64,000 nt of DNA from Anolis carolinensis (taxonomy: Eukaryota): positions 177,646,897-177,710,896 of the forward strand of contig NC_085845.1 in NCBI RefSeq assembly GCF_035594765.1, in the 5' to 3' direction. Position 1 is the first letter of the stretch. Each line of letters starts with the position of its first letter. The notes beneath the pieces are model-generated. The model searched no databases, was not told the DNA's origin, and saw only the letters and a program-made list of their open reading frames with translations. Shown in pieces: positions 1 to 12,206 of the stretch. A program made the position numbers and the translations under genes.

Positions 1-403
1 AATGAATATTTTTATCTACAAAATCTATATAGATACATAGATGGCAAATGGTAGATTTGCGTGAAGCACAAAGGAGTGGATCAGTGACAAATCGGATAGG
101 ATAGGTTTTTAATCTGTTTTGAAAGTTATTTTATGGCATTTTTGAGAATTGTTCAGGTTTTATGCTGCTTTTAAATTGAAAAACAATAAGTAATGTAATG
201 AGTAATTGATGTTTTTAAAAGTTATATTACCTGCCTTGTGGACTGTTGTTAAAAAGTTATTTTTAAAATGTAACTTTCCAGAATGTCTCCAAAAAATACT
301 ACATCTTGGTAAAAGCATCCAGTTTTCAATGCATTCTCTTTTGTCTCTTTCCCTCTTTGTGTGGGAAATGTCCACATCTCAATTTTTCCCCTCTGTTTTG
401 CAG

Positions 404-536
404 CAAATCACAGTCTTTGACAAACACCTTCAGCCTCTCAGATTCTTCACAACGAGGAAATCCCAATGAAGATGAGGCAAAAGCTGAAACCATCCGCAAT
501 CTGAGAAAGTCATTTGCTAGCCTGTTTTCCGATTAA
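404..536 (+). CDS. SYN3: Synapsin III terminal coding exon (domain E)
   Basis: Pyrimidine tract and CAG acceptor at 401-403; encodes (N)KSQSLTNTFSLSDSSQRGNPNEDEAKAETIRNLRKSFASLFSD*, the synapsin E domain. Tail-to-tail position next to FBXO7 identifies SYN3. Confidence 0.93.
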
Positions 537-2220
537 TCTTTTGGCCTAGTTTGTGCAGTTTGGTTGTTCTTTTAAAAAAATCTATGTTCCTTTTTATATT
601 TCCCTATCCAGTCTTGTCATTGAAGTTACCTATTAGTAAATATAGTTTCTTATAGAACGTATTCACCCATACCGATGAAGGAAGTTTCAACAAACAGTGG
701 AATTTTAGTCATCCCACACCCTATTGCCCTGCTTCTGGGCACTACTGAAGCTATACAATTTCCATAACATCTAAAATATATAAACAGAACATATTCATTC
801 TTTGTCCCACACCAAGTTTGAGAGTAAAGGACATGTACACTAGAGCTGACAAGTGTGTGAATGAGAGGCCAATGTGGGTAGGCTATAATTTTACTGCAGC
901 ACCATTCATTCAAATCAGTATTTTACTGTGTATATATACAAGCCCAAAGCCTACAAACAGAATCCTTCAGTTATCTTTCTACATAAATAGTCCCTTCAGT
1001 ACCTGTATGTTTTTTGTTAACTCACTTCAAAGAAACACACTGATAATAAAATCACTTCAACCATTGCTTCCCTGTGTAAGCCAGTAACCAAAAGCAGTGC
1101 TCTACACTCAGATGAATGTGCAGGATATCCCTTTGTGCAAAAAAAGCAAACATCTTTTTCATGGTGTGTTTATACAGTATGTCACGAACAAGCAGAATTC
1201 TAGAGCCAGCTGCCCAATCATTCCTACTTGTAGCACGACAGATACAACAGATAACAGCTTCTTTCTGCAGTCGGGTTAATGTTGTTAGTGGCAAGCGGCT
1301 TCACATTTTTGGTTTATTCCTTCCCAACAAACCAAAGAAAGAATCCAGGGTTTTATCAAGTTCTTTTCTGCTTTGCTGGGAACAAAATAAGTAGAAGCTC
1401 CCTGCTGCCAGATGACACAATAAAATCAACTGCAGTACAAAGCTCCATGGTTTATTTAACTGTTGCTACTTCAAGCTGAGACAATCTCAGTATCAGCATG
1501 CAGTTTATTCAAACCAAAGTTCCCTTCTGTTGTCGAAACACACCTAATGTGGTGGATCACATAACTTTTTGCGTTGTTCTGTAAAGCAGGATCACCTTTA
1601 GAGAAATGCACCCTAGATAAAATCCATTCTAATTCCCATATGCAATTATATCATCCCTATAGCACTGGAAGTGGGAAATATTTAGTCTGACTCAAATTGT
1701 CTTGTTACATTGTCTACAAAGATGAAACTTGTCCACACCCTGACAATTTCTAGCCAATGAAATTAAAATATAATATATGTGTTACACAAATATCATATCC
1801 TTGTAAATGAACATGCAAATGTATGAATTATACTTGTGAGCAGGTTTAAAATAGCCATAATGCATTTCAGATAAGAGGCAGGATCTCTCACCAGGTTTTT
1901 AGAGAAAGCCAACAGCAAGATCAGTGTTGATTACAGATATTTTAAAGCAGCCACTGAAATTTAAGTTGGTGGAAAATTTATGATTCTTTTAAAGCACCCA
2001 GATATCCATTTGTCGGTGGCAACAAAGAACAGAGTAACAGTAGCACAGGCTGAATCCATAGCATAATGATATGCTCTCTTTAAACCAACCTGACTGTATA
2101 TTTCCAGCTTCCCAGTGTCAGGATTTGGCCTTAGCTCCATGACATTTAAGCAAGATCAGGTAACATGTCAAACATTAAAGTCATAGAGGGTGGAAAAATA
2201 AAGTCCATAGCTAATAATAT

Positions 2221-2620
2221 AATAATAATAAATTTATTCTTATATCCCGCCCCATCTCCCCGAGGGGACTCGGGGCGGCTCACAGCAATAGTAAAAAACA
2301 GTGACAAATTACACATTGTAAAATCAAACATGAAAAACAATCATACAATCAAAACATACATCACATGTTAAAAACAAGGAGGTAAAACAGTTCTGGGCCG
2401 AAATAGAGGGCTACATGAAGAAGGTGGCTTCGTGGCAGAAGTGCTCGACAAGGTATCAATAATCATGGTAGGACACTCTCTAATTAAATTAAATGGGCAG
2501 ACAAATCAACCCCCAAGAATTAGTCGAAGGCCCTCTGGAAAAGCCAGGTTTTAAGGCTTTTTCGAAAGGCGAGGAGGGTGGGGGCCTGTCTAATCTCCCT
2601 CGGGAGTGAGTTCCAAAGGC
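2221..2620 (-). mobile_element. L2-type LINE 3' end
   Basis: Terminal GAGCCGCCCCGAGTCCCC...GGGGCGGGATATAAGAATAAA hairpin/tail followed by (TTA)n; related tails at 25520-25565, 48100-48145 and 60155-60200. Confidence 0.75.
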
Positions 2621-2727
2621 TAAAATTCTTGCTTTTCCATAATGACTTTTAAACCAAACAATTTGCTTGACTTCCTTTTTACAGCACTATCTATGCAACA
2701 CTGAAATAAGCAGGACATCAGTCTGGC

Positions 2728-3200
2728 TTACTTACTTACTTTACTTAGGTGATCTCTTATAGGCCGAGGATGATGGTCCTCCCATTCTGGTGTCTTGGGG
2801 GTGTGTCTGTAGGTGGCTGAAGAGATCTATTCTTGATCCGCATGTTCTCCCGCTGTGAGGACATCGGTTTCCAAGTGGAAGGCGGTCCTGGTCAGGGTTG
2901 GCTTGACGCGCCTTCCTCTTGGCACATTTCTCTCTTAAGCCTTCCTTTCCTTCCTCTTTGAACTCTGCAGCACTGCAGGTCACAGCTGACCTCCAGCTGG
3001 TGCGCTCAAGGGCCAGGGCTTCCCAGTTCTCAGTGTCTATGCCAGAGTTTTTAAGGTTGGCTTTAAGCCCATATTTAAATCTCTTTTCCTGTCCACCAAC
3101 TTTCCGTGTTCCTTCTTGAGTTGGGAGTATAGTAACTGCTTTGGGAGAAGGTGATCAGACATTTGGATGACGTGGCCAGTTCAGCTGAGTTGATGGCCTC
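2728..3200 (-). mobile_element. RTE-clade LINE 3' end
   Basis: C-terminal CPH.GRTC.SRI.LFSH...H zinc-finger remnant and (AGTA)n tail; flanking CAACACTGAAAT..CATCAGTCTGGC is duplicated at 2696-2727 and 3253-3276. Confidence 0.85.
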
Positions 3201-4063
3201 TTTGACCACATTGGAGCTGCAATTCAGAATGTTCTGATAGAGCTCTGAACTACAACACTGAAATCATCAGTCTGGCGACTCACTTCAGACAGAAGAAAAG
3301 TCCTTAGTGTAACAGCTGGACTCTATGACAAGCTACCACAAAGATGTCATTTGCCTCCTCAGCACTCAATTAAAATAGATAGGATTGAGATCATAGTTTG
3401 TTACCATACCCTCTGATCCCTGAAGGTGGAAATTATCCTTACTCAGCACTAAGAAATGTAATGAGCTTTTTGTTTAACTTATTTTAAAGCTGAACCTGAC
3501 TTTCTCTCACATTCCCTCCACAGTAATTAGCCTCACAGATTTCAGTTCTGCAAGTATGCCACCCAATGTTGTTACATCAGGCAATGTGTAAACAAAGCTA
3601 AAGCCATGAATTTTAGCTTCTTTCACAGACTTTTTAACTAAGCCATTTGTTTTTACTCCAGTTTTGCATATATCACGTAGGACAGCAATATTACTTTTAA
3701 CAGTTCCACATCCTTGACTTAGCCGCTGGAACTATAATTTAAAGAGCTGTATTACTATAGCCTGGAATCAGAACAAACTAGCTCTCTACATATTGATAGT
3801 ATGGGCTTTCTAAGGAATAAGCACACCATAATGTAGCATAGTGATTAGAAACACTGAGATTGATGTTCAAATCTACGTTCAAGCAAGTCAGCCCTACTTA
3901 ACAGGGATAAAATGACATGGCCTTTTGCATGGGAGTACTATTGTTACAAGCAAATACATTCCATTAGTTGTCTTCTTTGCCAGTCAAAAAGGTTGACCAG
4001 TATAATAAATTGTAGAAGAGGAGAAACCCAAATACTTGGGAGCCTGGCTGAAATATGCCAGTA

Positions 4064-4405
4064 CAATGTTCTCTCACTACTTCGCGGTTCACTTTTCATG
4101 GATTCGCTGTTTCGCGGTTTTTCAATGAACTCTAAAAGACTATTATAAATCATAAAAATTACAATTTACAGCCTAAGGAAGGGAGGAAGGAGAAACCAAT
4201 GGGAGAGAAAAGGAGCCCAAGTGGCAACGGGAGGAAAAGGAAGCGATTTATCAACACACGATTGGTTGATAAAGACTGAAAATAGTTTATAACTACTAAA
4301 ATAATGTATAAATATTAAAATAAATATAGTGCCCCTACTTTGCGGATTTTCACTTATTGCGGGTGGTCCTGGAGCCTAACCCCAGCAATAAGTGAGGGAA
4401 CACTG
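4064..4405. mobile_element. Tc1/mariner/pogo-type MITE
   Basis: Imperfect TIRs CAATGTTCTCTCACT / AGTGAGGGAACACTG with TA TSD. Confidence 0.8.
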
Positions 4406-5948
4406 TACATACTTCCTACAAAAATCAGTAAGGGACCACTACTCTAGTATTATATCAAAATGATATTCTTCTACTCAAAACTATGTTTAGAATTGCTTTA
4501 GAGATTATTCAATTCTCACAATTTATTGCTTTATTTAGCATATAAATCGAAGTCCCCTTCCACACAGCTATATAAAATCCACATTGAACTGGATTATTTA
4601 TTTCCGATATTTCTACCCCGCCCTTCTCCCCGAGGGGACTCAGTGTGGAAGGGCCCTAGCATTAATATGAGTTTGTGTTCACAAATGTAATAATCCAGTA
4701 GCACAATTACACCTCAAAGCTATAGCAGAACTCAATGTTAAGGACCACTTCTGAAAGAAGACACATACTTTGTAAAGTTTCATGCTGCACCTTTAGTATT
4801 TGTGCCATCTAAAAACTACCAGTCTGCTAACTGCATGAGCAGATCTAGTGAAGAATCAAGCAAGCAATAATATATATAAATACTACCAAGTGCTACAGTT
4901 AACAGCAGGTGGGCATTTTGATGTGTGCACCTCAGAAATTGTTTGGAGAGCACAGCTGCATTCATTCTGTGCCTTCATTATATAGAACAGTATCATGTTA
5001 TAACCAATCAAACCCCAGTTATTAGAAAAAGATGCTAAATTGGCTTATTGAAATTAATGTGGATCAAACTGCATGTTTAAAACTTTCAGTTGGGCTGAAA
5101 ATACTAGACTGAGAACGTTACCGAAAACTAGTAGCTGTAGTTCACTCTTCGCCAGATAATAAAACAAAACTGAAGATATATACAGCCTTTGTTCTAACCA
5201 TACATCTTTGAAAGCTATATTTATATAGATCCTTTATTGAGGAAATATTTTCTATCAAGTCTTGTTCTAGCCATCATGTTGACTGTATAAATACTGAGTT
5301 TTGTCTATTACTTCCTGAGTATTGTACAGGCATGGTTATCCATCATACTTCAGAAGACATTACGACTAGGAATCTTTATTCATCTTGATGTAATGGAATA
5401 CAAGCATAGCAGGCAAGAACAAAGATGTGGATTCACTCATATCCATAGCTACACAGTTCTAATTTTATTAGATCGTACAGTGGGTGTGGTTTTATTTTAT
5501 GATGTACTTAAAGCTTTCTCCTGAGACCTGAAAAAAAATCAGCAAGGATTAGAAGGCAACATACTATTGTTAGTCCTTTTGGCATTCTCACTCATGATTT
5601 TGATCAGGATCTGGGTTATTTTGTAGCATGTTCTTATTCAACTGTTTGTAGGATGATCTGTCCAGTGTTTTATTCTTTCAAGTGTAACCAAAACATTTGA
5701 AATCTGTATTCTTTGTGCACTGAAGTCCCCAAACCAAAATTGCTTTTCAAGTAATAAAATGAGGAAAAAACTTCTTGTTACAGAAAATGTTTAAAAACAA
5801 TCATATCAGATAACGTTTGAGGCTTCCTATATATCAGACGCTGATAAACACCAAGCGCTCCTATGAAAGAGAAATTTAAGAAGGCTAATTGTTGAGAGGG
5901 AGAGGACATCACAGCAGACATTTTATAAGTATATTTCAAGAATAAGGC

Positions 5949-5992
5949 AATAAAGACAAACACAAATGTTTGTGTTTAAAGTGCGCTTTATT
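5949..5992. terminator. Polyadenylation signals on both strands (FBXO7 AATAAA on - at 5992-5987; AATAAA on + at 5949-5954)
   Basis: Each hexamer is followed on its own strand by a TTTGTGTTT GU-rich element. The minus-strand signal is about 280 nt past the FBXO7 stop. Confidence 0.65.
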
Positions 5993-6269
5993 TGATGCAG
6001 CTAAGGCCAACCATCTAATGCTTTTTCTAAGAAGCAATTTGCAGATGGAAGTGGAAAGAATAGTGTTCCATACAGATCTTTCAGAAAGGATCTCCAGTGA
6101 GAGAGCATTGGTTGTCAATACTGAGTTTTTGGGCCCAAGTCCTTGGCATCAGAATACATAGTACATACACACTGCCATAGTTAAAACAGTCAGTCATTGA
6201 AGACTTATAACTGACGTACAGTTTCAAAGCAAGCCCAGGAATGGGGAAATGAAAACACTAAAGGAACCA

Positions 6270-6629
6270 TCATATGAATGCACGGCGACTATCAATCGGA
6301 CGGCCTCGACTGGTTCTTCCTGGGAGTGTGGGATTGGGATTTTGAAATGATCCAAATGGATCTAAGTGTGACCCAAGAGGATACTCACCTGGAAGAAACT
6401 CTGTAGAGGCAGGAAAGAGGGAGTGGATTGGGTCACCAATGTAAGGAGGTGTAGGCCTTTCATCCATTTCACCACCAATGATCATTGGTGGGTAGAGAGG
6501 GTTAGGAGGGAAAGGATTGGGATACAGTGGGTTGGGATGAAGAGGGATGGGAAGGGGAGGAGGGGGTAGAAACATCATGTGCCTCCACCGCAGGGCATCT
6601 CTCTTCTGCTTCATTTTTTTCTTGTACAG
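6270..6629 (-). CDS. FBXO7: FBXO7 coding exon 9 (proline-rich region, stop)
   Basis: ttcttgcag|; LYKKKMKQK...PPMIIGGEMDERPT...SRGRPIDSRRAFI*. Confidence 0.95.
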   Translation of the reverse strand: MYKKKMKQKRDALRWRHMMFLPPPPLPIPLHPNPLYPNPFPPNPLYPPMIIGGEMDERPTPPYIGDPIHSLFPASTEFLPGEYPLGSHLDPFGSFQNPNPTLPGRTSRGRPIDSRRAFI

Positions 6630-7107
6630 CTGCAAGAAAAATGAGAAAGCTTAAATCCTTGACGGGTTCAATGTTCCTTAAAAAACCTCTTCCTAGAACC
6701 TCTGTTCTGTGGTGATGTATGTCTAATGGATCGAGAACTGCTAAACTGTCACACAATTGTTTCCAAAGCAGTTATTTGAATAAGTTCACAATTTATACGA
6801 AAAGGTATAACTAGGCTGCCCCCCCTTTGTCCCCAGTACTTTATTTAATTTAACCTTTTTATGAGACGCCTAGAATTCCAAACCAGTATGTAGCTGTTCT
6901 AGAAATGTTGTGAAGACTGGCATTGAGAAGAATGCTTAATCATTTTTAAGCACAGCACTAGCAGGGGAAAAGGCTGCCTCTTCTATCCACTGGAGCTCCC
7001 ATTAGCTTAGAACTTAATTTGCACATCCCTGTTTTTTATTACAACTGCCATCTTCTTTTCAACAAAAAAAAACCTGCTATTAGAAAAAACTTATGATAAA
7101 TACCTAC

Positions 7108-7145
7108 CTCCTTCCAGTCTGTGTCACGAGACCTGGCAACAGGAT
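7108..7145 (-). CDS. FBXO7: FBXO7 coding exon 8
   Basis: tgcag| ... |gtaggt; (D)PVARSRDTDWKE; 38 nt, restores phase 0. Confidence 0.92.
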
Positions 7146-7444
7146 CTGCAAAGAAGCAGCAAAATTCAGTTTGGTATAAAAATCTAAAATTTTATTTCTA
7201 TAATGCCAGGAACACAGGAGGTCTGTGATCACATAACTTCAAAATAAAATGGGCCTTCTAATGTAGGCAAGGTCAAAAGCCTTTCCCAAAAGAACTGTCA
7301 GATAACTGTCCCTTTGTGTTCACTGATTTTGATGAGTCACTTAAGGAAGGACTATAGCCTGCCAGATTGCTTAAGGCAGCTGTGAGCAAGATTAAACCTC
7401 TTTTCGCCTTAAGCAACTTGAAAAGAAGGTACATAAGTGATCAC

Positions 7445-7621
7445 CTCTGAAATCTCGCAGATATATGAATCTCCATAGTAGCTGATCATTTGAGGCTGCA
7501 TAGAGGTCATGGCACACAGCAGACAAAGAGAGGAGTGAACGGAAATCCAAGAGACGAAAAATCCGGAGTTTCAGTTCCAGTGGAAGGACCACCAAACCAA
7601 AAACATCAGGAAGGTTCAAAG
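7445..7621 (-). CDS. FBXO7: FBXO7 coding exon 7 (F-box)
   Basis: cttag| ... |gtgatc; (A)[58 protein letters not shown], a canonical F-box motif. Confidence 0.96.
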
Positions 7622-9194
7622 CTAAGAGGGCATGAAGGAGGAGAACAGAATTATCCACAATGCTAAAGTAACCTGACTTCTTCTTACAATGCACTAGACT
7701 ACAATCAGATAAGAATGACAGAAAGATATAGCTACAGAAAACAGATATAGTAATGTTTTGAAATAACTGTTCCCAAAGGGAATGGAATACTAAGTCCTCA
7801 ATTTATGCCTCAGTAAAAGACTAGGATTCTATTAACCTAAACTCCTTTCATTTTTTCAAATATACAGTAATTGTAAGAAAATTGAACCACAATGGAGAAC
7901 AGAAGAAATACCACAAAAGAAAAATAATCTAAGCAGAATACTACATTCAGAACACAAGTATCCTCACCACTGGATTCCATCTCTAATGTTTTTGAGAGAA
8001 GGGTGACAGAGCATATGCTTGCATATGCTTTCATATGCAAGGTTCCTGTTTTAGTATTCACTATAATCAACAGAAGAAGAATAAACGAAAAAATAGGAAA
8101 GTTCCCTGAAAGCCTCTCAGGATGGATACTATTAGGACTGATAGACATGCTTCCAACCTCAAGTAATCACTGATTGGTTCTCTGGCAACATGAAACCCCA
8201 AAATGTAAAATAAATATTATTTCTGATAGTTAAAAACCTAAAAAAGAGTCTGCCGTTTACAGATTTTCCAGATAATTTAACATTATATATGCTATACCAC
8301 AATTTCACATTGAATTTGATACCACCACTTACTAATATTCCAATTACAGTACTGTGACCACTACAAAGACCAAACCACTCTGGGAGAAGACAGCAAAGTA
8401 GTTTGAATGGTTGCTCTCTAACTAGACTCCAACAGACACAATGAAATACATGCTAAGATTCACACAATCAAAGCCTCAGACAATTACATTAGTAATGCTC
8501 AATATTGAGCATTGTGTTATTTTTCCTTAGCCTGGTCAAAAAGAAAAGGCAAAAGCCAAGAAGATGAAAAGATCAAAGCTAGCATTTTAATTCTTACTAT
8601 ATTGGCAAGCAATATAGGGAACAGTCTCTCCAACTGCTCAATAATAACAGTAGGGCCCTTTGCCCCTAAACGAAACATGAATCTTTCTGGATTTCAAAAG
8701 GGATGTTTGATTTTTATCTATTTTATTAGCATTTCCAAAATTAGAAACCAGTGTTTATCCTGTTTTATAAGTCATGGCCACACTACTTGAGAGGGAGAAA
8801 TGCATTTCCTTGCAAGTACTAGAATGCAACCAAGTTTTCTGTGAAAACTGGATTGCTACACTGCTAGTGCCCATCTAGACATTGCAAGATTTAGAGGATG
8901 TGGCTGATTCTTAAAGAAAGGTTAGCAGACCTCATTAGTTCAGGTCCATACACATACCCACAGACACAGTTACAATTACAGGCCTTCAGTGCATTATGTA
9001 ACTAGGCAGTATCAAAGAGAAGGTAATTGTGTGTATCATGGGCTTTCAATTCATTCAGAATCCAAAAGTTCTACATTTAACTAAAAGAGGACCGTTGTCA
9101 TAAACAGGTACTTTTAAAATTGCTTTAACCACAGCATAATAAACACTCTTTTAACAAAGAATAGACAATATGCTTTTTCCAGCTCTTCTTTTAC

Positions 9195-9287
9195 CTTGCC
9201 GGGCAGCAGCCAGAAGCGGGTAGACCAGTCGATCTTTAAAGAGACGAGACAGCTTCTGAAGATCCTTATACACACCTACAACATTTG
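9195..9287 (-). CDS. FBXO7: FBXO7 coding exon 6
   Basis: ctaaag| ... |gtaaaa; (A)[30 protein letters not shown]. Confidence 0.92.
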
Positions 9288-9483
9288 CTTTAGGGAAAAC
9301 ATAAGTTTCTAACATCAACAGCAATTATGGTGCATTTGAAAAAAATTCTCCCTTATTTTAAAGAACAAATCATCAATAACAAAAGAGTTAGTTCTCTTAT
9401 TCAGATTAAGAATGTGTCACAACAATTATATTTACACAGAACAGTCAAAGTTGGCATGGGATGCTAGCCTTTGAGCACTACTG

Positions 9484-9665
9484 TTATTGTTTGCTTCAAA
9501 TCATTTCCAACTTATGGCGACCCTAAGGAGACCTTATCATGGCATCTTCTGCAGCTGAAAGTAACTTCCCTAGATACCCAGTGAGTTTTCATTGCTGAGT
9601 AGGGATTCAAACCCTGGTCTCCAGAGTTGTAATTTAAGATTCTAACCACTACAACACGCTGGTTC
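9484..9665 (-). mobile_element. Older tRNA-derived SINE
   Basis: B-box-like GGGTTTGAATCC on the minus strand; related copies at about 37740-37895 and 46950-47060. Confidence 0.55.
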
Positions 9666-10183
9666 TCATGGGCAATTATTAGCAAAGCTAAATAGAACAG
9701 CATTTAAATATAAAGAGATATATGGGGTTTTTCATGTGAAGGAGGAGGGATGAACTAATGTAATTATAGTCATTGAAGCAACTACTGTAAGAGTAAATAA
9801 AAGTAAAAAATACTTAAAATGTGACCTGCATACACAATGCCCTATGCAAAGTGTTTTTACATTTTGCTTCAGATTTTCCAAGTTTTGGCTCTCTCTACTG
9901 GCCAATTCTCTGCCATTACACCACAAGAACTTCAAACCATAACAGTAGTAAATGTGATCTTGCTGCATTTCAAGCACTGTTTCAAAGACCTGGTAAGAAC
10001 CATTGCTACAAAACTGGTAAAAGTCTACGGACTGCTGCTGTCACAGACATCACGCACCTTCTCTGCCAATCTGCTCAATCCTACTGTTCACTATCAACAT
10101 GAATTCTACACGAATTCCTCAGTAGACCCTTGCTGTTCCTCACTGCCAATTAATTTTGGGTTAGGCTAGATCAGATTAACTAC

Positions 10184-10267
10184 CTGAATCCTGAAAGCAA
10201 ATGAAAGATGTTGGCAGAAGCTGCAGTCTCTTCACACTTTTGATGTCACTGGTGATCTTTAACATAG
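10184..10267 (-). CDS. FBXO7: FBXO7 coding exon 5
   Basis: ttacag| ... |gtagtt; (A)MLKITSDIKSVKRLQLLPTSFICFQDS. Confidence 0.93.
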
Positions 10268-10975
10268 CTGTAAAACAAAGAAAGTGGACACTGAAAAACT
10301 TCATATCCTATACTATGTTGCTGCTGCTTATTTGTTGTTTTTTTGGTTCCTAGGTTCTCAGGCTGACTGCTGCATGTTTTATACAGCACTCTGGTTGTGC
10401 AATTCTTTCATAAAAGACCATTGTGTCCCCATACTCTAAGACATATTTGTTATTTTAGAAATGAATAGTGTATGATTAACTATGTGTTTATATTTATATT
10501 GACTATTAACAATGCTTAGGAAGCAGCACAAGTTAAACAAATAAAACAAACAAAAGCAAGGAATGGCAACACATAGCCCTTCTTGTCACCAAACCAATGA
10601 AATTAGCAGTACTGCCACTGACACCAAAACCACAAAGAAAAATGTGAAGAGAACTTAGAAACCTCAATGGTTTTACCTTCCATTCCAGAAGGGAAAGAGA
10701 GACTCTCTTCTAAAGACTGGCGGGTCTCTGGGGAGCTTGAGAGCACTATGGCACTGTAAATGTAAAATGAGACCCCATGTAACTGGGCCCATGGACTGGG
10801 ACTTGGAAGAGCCAAGTTCTAGTCCACACTGAACCATAAAGTCTAATGGTGTCCTTGGTCCAGTCACTCTGTCGCAACCTGACTTTCCTCAAAGGGCCAT
10901 TTCACTGATGAATTAGGGAGAAGCGATGTAGGCCACCATGAACTTATGGAAGGAAGGGTGGGATATAAACTCTAA

Positions 10976-11921
10976 TCTATATATATAAAAGAATAAAAAA
11001 ATATCGGCCTGGGACAAAACAACAAAACTATATATCCCAGAAACACTAAACTTGGCAACACAACCCCTCATCCATGCCTCTACGTTCATACAACAAAAAG
11101 AAAAGAAAAATAAAGTCCTAATTAGAGAGAGAGGAATAATTGTTTTTTATCCAATTGCTGCCAGTTACAAGGCTAAACTCTGCCCACTTGGTCTCCTAGC
11201 AACCTACTCAGCCCAGGGGACAGGCACAGTTAGGCCTCAGGCCTCTTCCACACTGCCTATAAGATACAGATTATCTGATTTTAACTGGATCACATGGCAG
11301 TGTAGACTCAAGGCCCTTCCACACACTATATTACCCATTTATAATCTTATATTATCTGCTTTGAACTGGATTATCTTGAGTCCACACTGCCAGATAATTC
11401 ACTTCAGTGTGCATTTTATACAGCTGTGTAGAAGGGGCCTCATATAATCCAGTTCTAAGCAGAAAATATAAGATTATAAATATACAGTAGAGTCTCACTT
11501 ATCCAACATAAACAGGCCGGCAGAACGTTGGATAAGTGAATATGTTGGATAATAAGAACGGATTCAGGAAAAGCCGATTAAACATCAAATTAGGTAATGA
11601 TTATACAAATTAAGCACCAAACATGTTATACAACAAATTTGACAGAAAAAGTAGTTCAATGCTCAGTAATGCTATGTTGTAATTACTGTATTTACAAATT
11701 AAGCACCAAAATATCACAATGAATTTAAAACATTGACTACAAAAACATTGACTACTAAAAGGCAGACTGCGTTGGATAATCCAGAACACTGGATAAGCGA
11801 ATGCTGGATAAATGAGATTCTACTTTAATATGAAATAATTACTGTGGTAATCCAGTCCAACCCAATTCTGCCATGGAGGACACAATCCAAGCACACCCAA
11901 CAGATGGCCACCCAGCCTCCC

Positions 11922-11956
<35 letters not shown>

Positions 11957-12100
11957 GTAGTAGTAGTAGTAGTCCATTTATAATGGACTTAATGTAAGGT
12001 AAAACCTTTACCCTTTACCTTAACTACAACCAATTCATCAATACTTTATTTCCCATACCACCATACTTCGCCACAGCAACGCATAGCCGGGCACAGCTAG
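10976..12100 (+). mobile_element. Non-autonomous Helitron carrying captured TE fragments
   Basis: A|TCTATATATATAAAA 5' end, subterminal GC-rich hairpin remnant, CTAG|T 3' end; inserted in an AT dinucleotide with no TSD. Confidence 0.75.
11485..11825. mobile_element. Tc1/mariner-type MITE nested in the Helitron
   Basis: TIR CAGTAGAGTCTCACTTATCCAAC, TA flanks. Confidence 0.85.
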
Positions 12101-12206
12101 TAATAATATAATATATATATATATAATATATATAATATAATATATCAGCGGCCACAGCAGTTGTATAGCCACCAACAGGTACTGACTTATCTCAAAGGGT
12201 CTAGAA

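Noticed and set aside
9821-10169. 110-aa and 93-aa + strand ORFs in FBXO7 intron 5
   Set aside because: No homology recognised, no splice context, and antisense to the host gene.
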